Below, in pieces: positions 33,727-44,891 of a stretch of 64,000 bases of DNA. The position numbers were made by a program, and so were the translations under genes. Source of the DNA: Alphaproteobacteria bacterium. Lineage in GTDB: Bacteria > Pseudomonadota > Alphaproteobacteria > Rickettsiales > Deianiraeaceae. The stretch is from positions 5,608-69,607 of the forward strand of contig JANYEN010000031.1 of NCBI GenBank assembly GCA_025363115.1, given 5' to 3'. Each line of letters begins with the position of its first letter. The first letter of the stretch is position 1. The notes under the pieces are model-generated. The model had not been told where the DNA came from and made no database searches. It saw only the letters and a program-made list of their open reading frames with translations.

Positions 33727-34833
33727 ATGAAAGTAATTTTGCAGGTATTGCCCTCTTTTAACATGGGAGGCACAGAATACGAAACTTTAGATACGGCTAA
33801 TTTTTTAGCTAAAAATGGTTATAAATCAATAGTGCTTTCAGCGGGAGGGTCTTTAGTAGAAAAACTTGATAAGTCAGTTATACATATTACCAATAAGTTT
33901 ATAAAAAGTAAAAATATTTTTTTATTAATTTATAATATTTGGTTAATAAAAACTATTATAAAAAAATATGATATAAACTTAATACATGTTAGGTCTAGAG
34001 CCCCTGCCTGGGCATGCTTTTTTGCAATAAAAAGCTTTTCTAATATTAAATATGTTACTTCTTTTCATGGATTGTATGGAATGCAAAATTGCTTTAAAAA
34101 ATTTTATAATTCAATAATGGTGCGTAGCCAAAAAATTATTGCTGTTTCTAATTTTTGCAAAGAGTATATTTTGCAATATTATCCTGAAGTTAAAAATAAA
34201 ATAGTTACAGTTTATAGCTGGGTAGATGAAAAAAAAACTGATTTAAATATAGATTATATAGGATATATAAGAAATTATTTTAAAATTCCTTTAAATAGCA
34301 AAATTATATTTTTACCAGGTAGACTATCATCAGCAAAAGGTCATAAATTTTGGTTACAAGCAATGTCAAAAATTAAAGAACCTAATATTGTTTGCTTAAC
34401 TATGGGTGCTAACGAACCATTACGCCATAAACTTAAAAAATTTGCTAAAACATTAAATTTTCAACATCCTTTAATATTTATTCCTTATACTGATAATATG
34501 CCAAGCCTTTATTCTATGGCAGATTTAATTGTATGCCCTTCTATCAAACCAGAGTCTTTTGGTAAAACAGTAGTTGAAGCTTGCTTGATGCAAAAGCCAG
34601 TAATTGCAACCAACTTAGGTTCTTTTAAAGAGACTATAGTAAACAATAAAACTGGTTGGTTGGTCGAAAACGGCGATATAGAAAACTTTGCTAATAAAAT
34701 TAAAGAAGTGTTGTTTATGAATTTTGAAGAAAAAAATAAAATTACGTTAACGGCACATAAATATGTTCTAAAAAACTTTACTTCCTCTGCTATGCTACAC
34801 AACATAGTAAAGGTATACGATTCTTTATTATAG
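33727..34833 (+). CDS. group 1 (GT4-like) glycosyltransferase
   Basis: 368 aa with an N-terminal GG(T/S)E-type motif (NMGGTEYE) and a C-terminal E-x7-E region (ESFGKTVVEACLMQKPVIAT). Confidence 0.75.
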   Translation: MKVILQVLPSFNMGGTEYETLDTANFLAKNGYKSIVLSAGGSLVEKLDKSVIHITNKFIKSKNIFLLIYNIWLIKTIIKKYDINLIHVRSRAPAWACFFAIKSFSNIKYVTSFHGLYGMQNCFKKFYNSIMVRSQKIIAVSNFCKEYILQYYPEVKNKIVTVYSWVDEKKTDLNIDYIGYIRNYFKIPLNSKIIFLPGRLSSAKGHKFWLQAMSKIKEPNIVCLTMGANEPLRHKLKKFAKTLNFQHPLIFIPYTDNMPSLYSMADLIVCPSIKPESFGKTVVEACLMQKPVIATNLGSFKETIVNNKTGWLVENGDIENFANKIKEVLFMNFEEKNKITLTAHKYVLKNFTSSAMLHNIVKVYDSLL

Positions 34834-34913
34834 CTAATCAAATCTAGCCATATTTATATTGTTTTTTAAAATTAAAACATTCTAAACAATATTTAATTAA
34901 TTTAATTAACTTA

Positions 34914-36161
34914 ATGCAGCAATTAATTTGTAAAATTTCTTTACGTTATTTAAAATCACAAAAAAGTAATTATCTTCCCTCTACAATTGCCGCTATTTCT
35001 TTTTTTAGTATTGTAATCAGCGTAGCTACTTTAATTATTGTAACTGCGGTGCAAAATGGATTTAGGACAGAATTGGTCAAACAAATTATTGGTATAAACG
35101 CTCATATTAGTTTATCAGGACGTGACAATATTAATGATTTTAATCAAATTATTAATAAAATAAAAATTGAATTAGGAGATAATATAACCCAGATAATACC
35201 TATTATTGACAGCAAAGGAATGTTGGTAAACCCAAAAAATAGTTCGTCAGCAGGAGTTTTTGTAAAAGGCATTATAGCGGATGACATAAAAATAAAAGCA
35301 ATTAACTTTAAAGCATTTACTGCTGAAATTAAAAATTTTAAAGAAAACGCAATAATCTTGGGCAGTGATTTAGCATATAACTTAGGGGTTTTTATAGGAG
35401 ATAATGTTATTCTTATTGCTCCCGAAATAAATGAAACATTGTTTGGTGTTATGCCACGTAGCAAAACATATAAAGTGGTAGGAATAGCTAATTTTGGACT
35501 TTCTCAATATAATGACATTCTTGCATTTATTCCATTAAACCAAGCACAGAAATTTTTTAGATATTCTAATCAATCGGTAAACTTGATTGAAATTATGATA
35601 AAAAACCCAGAAGAAGTAGAAATTTTAATGGATCGAATAGATAAAATTATATCTTCAAATATTTATTCGTATAGCTGGAAAAAACAAAATGAAGGTTTGC
35701 TTTCGGCATTAAAAATGGAAAAAAGCGTTATGGTTTTAATTTTGGGAATGTTTGTAATAGGTTCTATATTTTCAATTTTTGCTGGTTTAACTATGATGAT
35801 TAACGATAAATATAAATCAATTGCTATATTAAGATCGATGGGTTTTAAACGTTGGCAAATAGGAGAAGTTTTCTTTTTAACTGGCATGATAATTATTATA
35901 ACAGGAGCGTTTATTGGCACCACAATAGGAGTATTTTTATCACTTAATATCGATAAAATAAAGGTTTGGCTAGAATCGTTATTAAATGTAAAATTATTTG
36001 ATGGAGCCATCTATTTTGTTTCAACTCTGCCTTCTGATATTAAATTTGAAGACGTTATATTAATAGTTATTTTTGTATTATTTTTTGGCATTTTAGCAAG
36101 TATTATTCCTGCTATCAAAGCCACCAAATATCAACCAGCCGAAGCTTTAAAATATTTTTAA
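34914..36161 (+). CDS. lolC: lipoprotein-releasing system permease LolC/LolE
   Basis: 415 aa with N-terminal SLRYLKSQKS, the MacB-like periplasmic domain and a C-terminal FtsX-type 3-TM bundle ending QPAEALKY. Confidence 0.8.
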   Translation: MQQLICKISLRYLKSQKSNYLPSTIAAISFFSIVISVATLIIVTAVQNGFRTELVKQIIGINAHISLSGRDNINDFNQIINKIKIELGDNITQIIPIIDSKGMLVNPKNSSSAGVFVKGIIADDIKIKAINFKAFTAEIKNFKENAIILGSDLAYNLGVFIGDNVILIAPEINETLFGVMPRSKTYKVVGIANFGLSQYNDILAFIPLNQAQKFFRYSNQSVNLIEIMIKNPEEVEILMDRIDKIISSNIYSYSWKKQNEGLLSALKMEKSVMVLILGMFVIGSIFSIFAGLTMMINDKYKSIAILRSMGFKRWQIGEVFFLTGMIIIITGAFIGTTIGVFLSLNIDKIKVWLESLLNVKLFDGAIYFVSTLPSDIKFEDVILIVIFVLFFGILASIIPAIKATKYQPAEALKYF

Positions 36162-36369
36162 GTTGACAATAATTTTGAAGTAAGATTTTAAAAGAAACAA
36201 ATCTATTTGATTCTATTTTATGATAAATTCTTTATACACAAAATTTATCAATACTGTTATTCACTCTAATGTACACCGTAAGGTGTAAAACATTTTCTAT
36301 TAAATCCACCTTGTTGCAAATTTTTTTAGCATTATATCAAAACGTATTCAAATTTAATTTATTCATACC

Positions 36370-37125
36370 ATGAACTCTCAAAATAACATTAATTTATTAT
36401 TTCAAGATAAAATAATTAATGTTATAAAATCACACGATGTTATCAATAATCCTTATTTAATTTGGTTTTGCGATGGCAAACAAAACTTAAAACAAATGCA
36501 AGATTTTATTATCCAATATTCAATATTATCTAAACAGTTTTTAGTGGCGCTTACTAATAAGTTGGCTAGTTCCGAAAATATTTCTGCATCCCGTGCAACT
36601 AAAGAAATATTGGCTAACGAGCTTGGTGTAATTTATAAATCAGGTAGTATTGAAGGAGGGATATTCAGATTTAACGCTGGTCACTATGAATGGTTATATC
36701 AAACTGCCAAAGATTTAGGGTTGGAATTTGATCAAATTGGATTAAAAAAATTAGCCACTTCTTATACGCAAAAATTTTGCGATACTATGATTCAATTGTA
36801 TGGATCAGATGATGCAATGGTATCGGCTGGATCGGGATTTGCTTTTGAATTTTGGGCTGGCATGGTTGAAGACTATTGGGGTAATATGATTAGTGGGTTT
36901 GAAAAATATAATAAAATTAACGATAAAAAAATTTCTTATGGTTTTTTTACTAGTCATTATCAGCTCGAGCTACAACATACCAAACATATTAAAGATGAGC
37001 TAAATCAAATATACGAACAACCAAATTTTGAACTAAAATCGTTTATCGATGGTGGCATTAAAATGCTAAATGCGTTAAAAATTTTTTGGGATGGCTTGTT
37101 TATTAACAAAGAAAAGTTTAATTAA
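36370..37125 (+). CDS. heme-oxygenase-like di-iron (TenA/PqqC/CADD superfamily) redox enzyme
   Basis: 251 aa. The candidate ligand spacing is E in LANELG, H in AGHYEW, E in FAFEFWA and H/E/H in SHYQLELQHTKH. The N-terminus, NPYLIWFCDGKQNLKQMQDF, resembles the CADD/PqqC-like start. Confidence 0.5.
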   Translation: MNSQNNINLLFQDKIINVIKSHDVINNPYLIWFCDGKQNLKQMQDFIIQYSILSKQFLVALTNKLASSENISASRATKEILANELGVIYKSGSIEGGIFRFNAGHYEWLYQTAKDLGLEFDQIGLKKLATSYTQKFCDTMIQLYGSDDAMVSAGSGFAFEFWAGMVEDYWGNMISGFEKYNKINDKKISYGFFTSHYQLELQHTKHIKDELNQIYEQPNFELKSFIDGGIKMLNALKIFWDGLFINKEKFN

Positions 37126-37140
37126 TTTATTTTTTTTATT

Positions 37141-37740
37141 ATGTTATTTTTTTTATCAAACATGCTCTTAAGTTTTTTAGGAGCTATATGTCCTGGACCA
37201 AATATTGTCTGTACCTCTTCAAACAGTATAATTTATGGTAAAAAAGCAGGCTTAGCAACAGCAACAGGAGTGCTTGCAGGAGTGGCGTTATGGATGATAT
37301 TTTTAATATTTGGATTAAGCTATTTATTGCAATATCCTAAATTTATAATGATATTTAAAATAACCAGCATTTTATATTTAATATATCTGTCTATTAATAT
37401 TATGACCACCAAAAAGCTAGATAACAAAATAAATCCCTATTCAAACCGTAAATTTTTTACCACAAGCTTTATTGTAGCAATTCTTAATCCTGAAATTGCA
37501 GTATTTTATAGCGTAATTTTTGCTAATATAATCCAAAAATATCCTATAAATCAGCTTTTTCATTTATTTTATAGTGCCTGTGGTTTTATAGCAATGGAAG
37601 GGATGGTGTTTTTTAGTGCAGCAATATATTCAGCAAAAATATCTCAAGCAATTAATAAATATTTAAATGTTATTAAAATGGCATCTGGATTTTTAATTTT
37701 ATATTTTGTTGTGTTGATATTTTTATCTTTTTTTAAATAG
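37141..37740 (+). CDS. LysE/RhtB-family amino-acid exporter
   Basis: 199 aa with about 6 TM segments and the N-terminal GPN motif (GAICPGPNIV). Confidence 0.7.
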   Translation: MLFFLSNMLLSFLGAICPGPNIVCTSSNSIIYGKKAGLATATGVLAGVALWMIFLIFGLSYLLQYPKFIMIFKITSILYLIYLSINIMTTKKLDNKINPYSNRKFFTTSFIVAILNPEIAVFYSVIFANIIQKYPINQLFHLFYSACGFIAMEGMVFFSAAIYSAKISQAINKYLNVIKMASGFLILYFVVLIFLSFFK

Positions 37741-37759
37741 TTTTATAAATAATAAAAAT

Positions 37760-37791
37760 TGGCGAACCATAATAATTTATATGATTCGCCA
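37760..37791. terminator. candidate bidirectional intrinsic terminator between the LysE-family gene and dnaK
   Basis: TGGCGAA ... TTCGCCA forms a 7-bp GC-containing stem. It is flanked by an A-run on the left and a T-rich run (GTTTTATTT) on the right, between convergent stops at 37740 and 37799. The loop is long (18 nt). Confidence 0.4.
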
Positions 37792-37798
37792 GTTTTAT

Positions 37799-39694
37799 TT
37801 ACTCTTTAGGTTCTCCTTCTACAACTTTTTCTTCAGTTGGTTCAGACTTATCATCTGGGTTGGGAGTATCATTTGATGATGTTCCACCAGCACCTTGAGA
37901 ATAGACAGCTTCACCAATTTTCATTGATAATCTTTCTAGCTCTTCGGTAGTATTTTTTAAAAGATTGATATTCTCTTCTTCAATCGCTTTTCTAACGGCT
38001 TTAATTCCATCTTCTATGTCAGTTTTTAATTGAGGAGGAAGTTTTTCGCCATGCTCTTTAAGCGATTTTTCAGTAGAATAAGAAAGAGATTCTCCTTTAT
38101 TTTTAAGTTCAATAAGCTCTTTTCTTTGCTCATCTTTTTCGGCATTTTCTTCAGCTTCTTTCATCATTTTATTAATTTCAGCTTCAGAAAGCCCGCCTGA
38201 CGCTTTAATTTGTATTTTTTGTTCTTTATTAGTTGCTTTGTCTTTAGCGCTAACATGCAATATTCCGTTGGCATCAATATCAAAAGATACTTCAATTTGA
38301 GGCATGCCACGAGGTGCAGGGGGAACTCCAGTTAAAGTAAATTCTCCTAAAAATTTATTGTCATGCGCCATCGATCTTTCACCTTGATAAACTTTAATAG
38401 TAACGGCGTTTTGATTGTCTTCTGCTGTTGAAAAAACTTGTGATTTTTTACTTGGAATAGTTGTATTTCTTTCAATTAATTTAGTCATTACGCCCCCCAT
38501 GGTTTCAAGACCTAAAGACAAAGGAATTACATCTAATAATACAATATCATGAACATCTCCAGTTAGCACTCCTCCTTGAATTGCCGCCCCTATTGCCACA
38601 ACTTCATCTGGGTTCACTCCTTTGTGAGGCTCTTTACCAAAAAATTCTTTTACAGTTTCTATAACTTTAGGCATACGAGTCATACCGCCTACCAAAACTA
38701 CTTCGTCAATTTCACTCACTTTTAGCCCCGAATCAGCCAAGGCTTTTTTACACGGCTCTAAAGTATTTTTAATTAAATCATCTACCATTTGTTCAAACTT
38801 TGCTCTCGAAAGCTTAATATTTAAATGCTTAGGACCAGATGCATCGGCGGTAATATATGGCAGATTAATATCCGTTTCCATTTTATTAGAAAGTTCAATT
38901 TTAGCTTTTTCAGCCGCTTCTTTAATACGTTGCAAAGCTAATGGATCTTTGGTTAAATCGATTCCGCTTTCTTTTTTGAATTCAGCTGTTAAAAACTCTT
39001 GAATTCTATAATCAAAGTCTTCACCTCCTAAAAAAGTATCACCATTGGTAGCTTTTACTTCAAATACTCCACCTCCAATTTCTAAAACTGAAACGTCAAA
39101 AGTTCCACCACCTAGGTCAAACACTACAATTTTAGCATCGCCTTTTTTATCAAGACCATATGCAAGTGCCGCTGCCGTAGGCTCATTAATAATTCTTAAA
39201 ACTTCTAATCCCGCAATTGCGCCAGCATCTTTAGTGGCTTGTCTTTGCGAATCATTAAAATAAGCGGGCACAGTAATTACTGCCTGGGTTACAGTTTCTC
39301 CCAAATAATTTTCTGCAGTTTCTTTCATTTTTTGCAAAATAAAAGCACTCACTTGACTAGGTGCGTAATCTTTGCCATTAGCAGAAATCCAAGCATCTCC
39401 ATTTTTTGCTTTGATAACTTTAAAAGGGCTATGACTTACAGCTTTGGCTACTTCTTTGTCGTCAAAACTTCTTCCAATTAATCTTTTGACAGAAAAAACA
39501 GTATTTAAAGGGTTTGTAACAGCTTGTCTTTTAGCTACCGTACCAACCAATATTTCGTCACCTACAAAACCTACAATTGAAGGAGTTGTGTTGCCTCCTT
39601 CTGAATTCATCATAACTTTTACATCTTTGCCTTCTAATACCGCAACGCACGAATTTGTAGTACCTAAATCGATACCTATAACTTTTTTAGCCAT
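37799..39694 (-). CDS. dnaK: molecular chaperone DnaK (Hsp70)
   Basis: 631 aa with [16 protein letters not shown] and an EEVD-less acidic C-terminus. Confidence 0.97.
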   Translation of the reverse strand: MAKKVIGIDLGTTNSCVAVLEGKDVKVMMNSEGGNTTPSIVGFVGDEILVGTVAKRQAVTNPLNTVFSVKRLIGRSFDDKEVAKAVSHSPFKVIKAKNGDAWISANGKDYAPSQVSAFILQKMKETAENYLGETVTQAVITVPAYFNDSQRQATKDAGAIAGLEVLRIINEPTAAALAYGLDKKGDAKIVVFDLGGGTFDVSVLEIGGGVFEVKATNGDTFLGGEDFDYRIQEFLTAEFKKESGIDLTKDPLALQRIKEAAEKAKIELSNKMETDINLPYITADASGPKHLNIKLSRAKFEQMVDDLIKNTLEPCKKALADSGLKVSEIDEVVLVGGMTRMPKVIETVKEFFGKEPHKGVNPDEVVAIGAAIQGGVLTGDVHDIVLLDVIPLSLGLETMGGVMTKLIERNTTIPSKKSQVFSTAEDNQNAVTIKVYQGERSMAHDNKFLGEFTLTGVPPAPRGMPQIEVSFDIDANGILHVSAKDKATNKEQKIQIKASGGLSEAEINKMMKEAEENAEKDEQRKELIELKNKGESLSYSTEKSLKEHGEKLPPQLKTDIEDGIKAVRKAIEEENINLLKNTTEELERLSMKIGEAVYSQGAGGTSSNDTPNPDDKSEPTEEKVVEGEPKE

Positions 39695-39730
39695 AATAAA
39701 AACAATAAATTAACTAATTCCTTATTATTT

Positions 39731-39758
39731 TTATATGTACTATAAATATTAATTCAAG
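39731..39758 (-). promoter_or_regulatory. candidate RpoH (sigma-32) type promoter of dnaK
   Basis: The minus strand reads CTTGAATTAATATTTATAGTACATATAA, which is CTTG-N17-CATATAA. It ends 37 nt upstream of the dnaK ATG and resembles the alpha-proteobacterial consensus CTTG-N17-18-CYTATNT. Confidence 0.45.
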
Positions 39759-39814
39759 TGGTGATTGAATTTTTTACTATTTTTATTTTATTAATCGATT
39801 AATTTTAAATTTTC

Positions 39815-40702
39815 ATGAAAGTAAAAATATTTTTTATATTGCTTTGTTTGATTCAAATAGTTAGCAATTTTGTAATTGTTTTGCAATCAAAATCTAATTT
39901 AGTATCACCAATTATTTCAGCTTCCTATCAATCAATATTTGCAGGAATTATTCTGTTTTTATTAAATTTGATTAATCTTAAAAATTTTAAAATTAATATT
40001 AATGAACTTATTTTTATATTATTGCTAAGTTTTTTTGGCATGCTTGTAGCTCCCTCATTATTATATATATCTGCCCAAGTTATAGATGCAAGCACTATAT
40101 CAATATGTTACTCTTTTTCAATACTTTTTAGTGAACTTATCAGTGCCGTTATATATAAAAGAAAGCCAAAAAAAAATATAATTATAGGAGGAGTTATGTG
40201 TAGCATTGGAATTATAATATTAATGCAAGATAAGGTAAATATTAATTTAACTTGTAAATATATATTTAATATTTTTACAACGTTATTAGCCGTGGCATGC
40301 TATATGTTATCGGGAATAATAGTTGGAATTAACCATAAAAAGAATCATACTAATATTAATTTATTACTAATGTATTCATTTTTAATAGGCGGTAGTATAA
40401 ATTTATTTTTATGTAATTTATTATGGAAAACTCCCGTAGTTTTTAGTTTTTCTGCAGAATATATAGCTTTATTTATATTTTTAGCTTTAATTGGAACAGT
40501 GTTGGGTACATTTTTATCAACTTTTTTATGTACTGCAATCGGTCAAACAAAAACTGCTTATAGCACTATAATATATATTATAGGTTCCGTTTTATTATCT
40601 GTATTTTTAAAGCAATGGAATTTTGATTTAAAAACTTTAATCGGATTGACTCTCATTGTAATTTCTTTTATTATGGGAATAATTTTAAATAAGCCAAAAT
40701 AA
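39815..40702 (+). CDS. EamA/DMT-family transporter
   Basis: 295 aa with about 10 TM segments in two repeated halves. Confidence 0.65.
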   Translation: MKVKIFFILLCLIQIVSNFVIVLQSKSNLVSPIISASYQSIFAGIILFLLNLINLKNFKININELIFILLLSFFGMLVAPSLLYISAQVIDASTISICYSFSILFSELISAVIYKRKPKKNIIIGGVMCSIGIIILMQDKVNINLTCKYIFNIFTTLLAVACYMLSGIIVGINHKKNHTNINLLLMYSFLIGGSINLFLCNLLWKTPVVFSFSAEYIALFIFLALIGTVLGTFLSTFLCTAIGQTKTAYSTIIYIIGSVLLSVFLKQWNFDLKTLIGLTLIVISFIMGIILNKPK

Positions 40703-40817
40703 AAATTATAAAACTGTTGACTCTAAAAAAGAACATAATCTATGTTTCACTACCTCCTTTAAAGTTGTTTGGGTGATGCACTTGATGTAGCACCCAGTTT
40801 GCTAAATTTGATAGACA

Positions 40818-41444
40818 ATGTTAAAAATAAATGTACATATAAACGACTTGCCAGATGATGTGTTTTTAAAGGGTGATGTAGCGATAGATACCGAGGCAAT
40901 GGGTCTTAAACGAGAAAGAGATAGATTGTGTTTAGTTCAATTAAAAGATGAGCAAGGCGAAGTACATTTGGTACAATTTCCTCAAGATAATTACGACTAT
41001 AAAAAAGCTAAAAATTTATCATCTCTTCTTTCAGATCCAAATATTAATAAAATATTCCATTACGCCAGATTTGATGTTGGCATTATGAGGTATTATTTAA
41101 AGATAGATTTTATTCCTAATATATTTTGTACAAAAATTGCTTCTCGCTTGGTTAGAACATATACTGATCACCATGGCTTAAGATCGCTTCTAATTGATCT
41201 TTTAGGAGTTGAATTAAAAAAAGAACAACAATCTAGCAATTGGGGAGCAAATAATTTAACCGAAGCTCAAAAACATTATGCTGCTAGTGATGTTTTATAT
41301 TTGCATGAAGCTAAAAAAAAGCTTGTTAATATGCTACAAAAACATGATAGAATGGATATAGCCAATAAGTATTTTACTTTTTTGGATACAATTGTCGCTA
41401 CCGATATGTTAGGCTTTGAAGAAGATTTATTTAGACATCAGTAA
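40818..41444 (+). CDS. rnd: short RNase D-like 3'-5' exonuclease
   Basis: 208 aa with the DEDDy motifs AIDTEAMGL, FHYARFDVG and HYAASDVLYL. It consists of the exonuclease domain only. Confidence 0.75.
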   Translation: MLKINVHINDLPDDVFLKGDVAIDTEAMGLKRERDRLCLVQLKDEQGEVHLVQFPQDNYDYKKAKNLSSLLSDPNINKIFHYARFDVGIMRYYLKIDFIPNIFCTKIASRLVRTYTDHHGLRSLLIDLLGVELKKEQQSSNWGANNLTEAQKHYAASDVLYLHEAKKKLVNMLQKHDRMDIANKYFTFLDTIVATDMLGFEEDLFRHQ

Positions 41445-41574
41445 ATTCTATTAATTTAACCTTAGTCGTCTTTAAAGCAACACAAATTTTGTTAAAGTTA
41501 ATCCTGAATTTTCTTGGATTCAACCTGATAAAAAGCTATGCAAGACAAAAATCATTTAAAATATTTTGTATAAA

Positions 41575-42040
41575 CTAGGCGCCCAAATCGTTAATTTTAC
41601 CAAAGATTGTCTCGATTATTCCTCGTCTATGAAGCAAAATTTTATTGGTTGGGGAAATTTTCTTTTCCTTGGTGTTTTTTCGGCATTTTGTAATTAAATT
41701 CAAACTTAAATTAGTTAATTTTTCTTCAATTTTTTTAGATAAATATTTTTTACCTCCAAGTAAAAAGTCTTGTAAATTCTTGGCTAAATCAGAAACCTGC
41801 GAAACATCGCTTTTGTTGCTTTTGGTAATTTTTAACTCTATTATTTTATCAAAATTATTACAAATTAAATGCAACTTAAAAACCGAAAAACCAGCCTGTT
41901 GAAGATTTCCCCGGCTCAGACAACCCTTTAAAAACCTTGTGTTTATAAATTATTTGGTTTTTACAAACTTGCAAAAAATACAACTCAAAACTTCATCGCT
42001 TTTGCCACGTGATACAGCAATTACGTTAGGTGGTATGCTT
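41575..42040 (-). pseudogene. IS982-family transposase relic (frameshifted and 5'-truncated)
   Basis: The 99-aa ORF (HLICNNFDKIIELKITKSN...RRGIIETIFGKINDL) continues upstream in another frame as ...GKSSTGWFFGF. Together these give the IS982 signature G.tS.GWFyGfKLHl. The upstream boundary is approximate. Confidence 0.6.
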
Positions 42041-42145
42041 TTTTCTGGAGTTACTAATAATTTTAGGGGTTATGCCTCTAGTTATTCACGAGATAATAAA
42101 GAAAATATTTAACATAAAATATTGATATGCTTAATAAATTCAATA

Positions 42146-42174
42146 CTTGAATTATATTAAAAATAAACCTATGA
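42146..42174 (+). promoter_or_regulatory. candidate RpoH (sigma-32) type promoter of clpB
   Basis: CTTGAATTATATTAAAAATAAACCTATGA is CTTG-N18-CCTATGA. It ends 31 nt upstream of the clpB ATG and has the same architecture as the dnaK motif. Confidence 0.5.
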
Positions 42175-42205
42175 AGTTCACTGAAACTAATTAATCTAAA
42201 ATATT

Positions 42206-44788
42206 ATGTCAACGACTGCATTTAATTTAGAAAAATTTACCGAAAAAGCCAAAGATGCTCTGCATACCGCACAAAAATTAGCAATGGGAATGTATCATCA
42301 GCAAATTGGTCCTGACCACGTTTTAGAAGCGATGATGACCGATAGAGAATCTGGAATATTAGATTTAATAGCTTTAACAGGAGGTGATACTAATATATTA
42401 AAACAAGAAGTACGAAAATTATTAGATAAGCATCCAGTAGTAACAGGAGAAGGTGCGACTACTAGCTATTTAGGACAAGATTTAACAATTTGCTTAAATA
42501 AAGCTCAAGCCATAGCTAATGCCAAAGCAGAATTTGTAACCCAAGAAAGAATTTTGCACGGAATGCTTGAAAGTGGAACACCAATTGCAAAAGCATTAGA
42601 TTTGGCAGGAATAAAGGTAAAAAAACTAGAAGAGGCAATTGCTAAAATTAGAGGTGGTCAAAAAGCTGATTCTGCAGATAGTGAAGCCAAATATAATGCC
42701 CTTGGTAAATATTGCAAAGATTTAAGCAAAATGGCTAGCGACGGCAAAATTGACCCAGTAATTGGTAGAGACGAAGAAATAAGAAGAATTATTCAAATAT
42801 TATCACGGCGTACTAAAAACAATCCAGTAATAATTGGTGAACCAGGTGTTGGCAAAACCGCAATTGTTGAAGGGCTTGCAATGCGAATTTTTGAAGGTGA
42901 TGTGCCTGAAAACATGAAACGAAAAAGAGTTATGGCGCTTGATATGGGGTCTTTGGTAGCAGGCAGCAAGTATCGTGGAGAATTTGAAGAAAGGCTAAAA
43001 GGAGTAATTAACGAAGTAACTAATGCCGCTGGAGAAATAATTTTGTTTATTGACGAAATCCATTTGCTTATTGGGGCTGGAGCAACTGGAAATGGAGGAA
43101 TGGACGCCGCAAATTTATTAAAACCTGCCTTAGCAAGAGGAGAGCTAAGTTGCATTGGAGCAACCACATTAGACGAATATACTAAATATATAGAAAAAGA
43201 TGCAGCATTAGCTAGAAGGTTTCAGTCAGTATTAGCCGATGAGCCTAATACTGAAGATACAATTGCAATTTTGCGTGGCATTGTAGGAAAATACGAATCA
43301 CATCATTCTGTTAGAATTTCGGATAGTGCCTTAATTGCGGCGGCAAATCTTTCGCATCGTTATATTCCTAATAAACGATTACCTGATAAAGCAATTGATT
43401 TAATTGACGAGGCAGCCAGCAGATTACGGATGCAAATTAACAGCAAGCCAGAATCGATAGATATTTTAGATCGTAAATTACTGCAATTGAAAATTGAAAA
43501 AGAAGCGTTAAAAAAAGAAAAAGATGCAAATTCTGTAGCGAGACTAACTGAAGTTGAAAAACAAATTATACAATATGAAAAAGAATTAACAGATTTAGTT
43601 TCAAAATGGGAAACCGAAAAAAGCAAGTTAGACAAGGTTAAAAATTTAAAAACAGAAATTGATAATTTAGAAATCGACTTTGAACGTGCTCAAAAAAATG
43701 GTGATTTTGCTAAAGCAGGTGAAATATCGTATTCTATTTTGCCAGCCAAGAAAAAACAATTGATCGATTTTGAAGCTACCATAACTGATTCAAGTTTAAT
43801 TAGAGATACCGTAACCAGCGAAGATATTGCTAGCGTAGTTGCTAAAGTTACGGGGATTCCTGTTGACAAAATGATGTCGGGTGAAAAAGAAAAATTGCTT
43901 AATATGGAAAATTTTTTACGTACCAGGGTAATTGGGCAAGATCACGTTTTAGAGGCATTATCAAATGCAATTCGAAGAGCAAGATCGGGATTATCTCCTG
44001 AAAACCGCCCAATGGGTTCATTTTTATTTTTAGGTCCAACGGGTGTTGGCAAAACCGAGCTTACCAAAGCTTTGGCATTATTTTTATTTGACGACCCAAA
44101 AGCGATGATACGCATTGATATGTCGGAATATATGGAAAAGCATGCGGTGGCAAAGTTAATAGGAAGCCCGCCAGGATATGTTGGTTACGAAGCTGGTGGT
44201 CAGTTAACCGAAGCAGTAAGAAGGCGCCCCTATCAAGTTGTTTTATTTGATGAAGTAGAAAAAGCTCACCCAGATGTTTTTAACATAATGTTACAAATGC
44301 TGGATGATGGAAGGCTTACCGATAGCCAAGGCAGGATAGTTGATTTTACCAACACAATCATAATTATGACATCAAATTTAGGCGCCGAGCATTTGAGTAG
44401 TAACGAAAATTACGAAAAAATAAAGCCGCTAGTAATGCAAGAATTACATAAATTTTTTAGACCCGAATTTTTAAACCGAATTGATGAAATATTATTTTTT
44501 AATAGATTATCACGAGAAAATATTGCTGGTATTGTAGATATTCAAATGCTGGAATTAACTAAGAGAATTGAAAAACTTGGCATCGATTTTGTTTGTGACA
44601 AAACTGCAAAAGACCATTTTGCCCAAATTGGCTTTGACGAAGTTTTTGGGGCAAGACCATTACGTAGAGCTATTCAATCCGAGCTTGAAAATAAGCTTTC
44701 TAAGTATTTACTTAATGGTACAATCAAAAGTGGAGATAATGTTATTGTGAATTTTAAAGATAATAAACTTAATTTGGTTCGTAAATAA
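42206..44788 (+). CDS. clpB: ATP-dependent disaggregase ClpB
   Basis: 860 aa with two AAA+ modules (GEPGVGKT and GPTGVGKT) and a long coiled-coil middle domain. Confidence 0.97.
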   Translation: MSTTAFNLEKFTEKAKDALHTAQKLAMGMYHQQIGPDHVLEAMMTDRESGILDLIALTGGDTNILKQEVRKLLDKHPVVTGEGATTSYLGQDLTICLNKAQAIANAKAEFVTQERILHGMLESGTPIAKALDLAGIKVKKLEEAIAKIRGGQKADSADSEAKYNALGKYCKDLSKMASDGKIDPVIGRDEEIRRIIQILSRRTKNNPVIIGEPGVGKTAIVEGLAMRIFEGDVPENMKRKRVMALDMGSLVAGSKYRGEFEERLKGVINEVTNAAGEIILFIDEIHLLIGAGATGNGGMDAANLLKPALARGELSCIGATTLDEYTKYIEKDAALARRFQSVLADEPNTEDTIAILRGIVGKYESHHSVRISDSALIAAANLSHRYIPNKRLPDKAIDLIDEAASRLRMQINSKPESIDILDRKLLQLKIEKEALKKEKDANSVARLTEVEKQIIQYEKELTDLVSKWETEKSKLDKVKNLKTEIDNLEIDFERAQKNGDFAKAGEISYSILPAKKKQLIDFEATITDSSLIRDTVTSEDIASVVAKVTGIPVDKMMSGEKEKLLNMENFLRTRVIGQDHVLEALSNAIRRARSGLSPENRPMGSFLFLGPTGVGKTELTKALALFLFDDPKAMIRIDMSEYMEKHAVAKLIGSPPGYVGYEAGGQLTEAVRRRPYQVVLFDEVEKAHPDVFNIMLQMLDDGRLTDSQGRIVDFTNTIIIMTSNLGAEHLSSNENYEKIKPLVMQELHKFFRPEFLNRIDEILFFNRLSRENIAGIVDIQMLELTKRIEKLGIDFVCDKTAKDHFAQIGFDEVFGARPLRRAIQSELENKLSKYLLNGTIKSGDNVIVNFKDNKLNLVRK

Positions 44789-44891
44789 TAATATTTATTA
44801 AATAATCAAGCTGGTAGTAATTTATTAGTTGTTTTTACAAAAATAATATGCTATTTAAACTAAACTTTATTTATTATTTTTAATAAAATTT

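Noticed and set aside
36272-36287. TACACC-GTAA-GGTGTA hairpin downstream of lolC.
   Set aside because: The stem is only 6 bp, it lies about 110 nt past the stop, and A's rather than a T-run follow it. This is insufficient for a terminator or RNA-motif call.
39045-39713. Three plus-strand ORFs (72, 80 and 89 aa) within dnaK.
   Set aside because: They are antisense to dnaK, and such antisense open frames inside a long ORF have no independent support.
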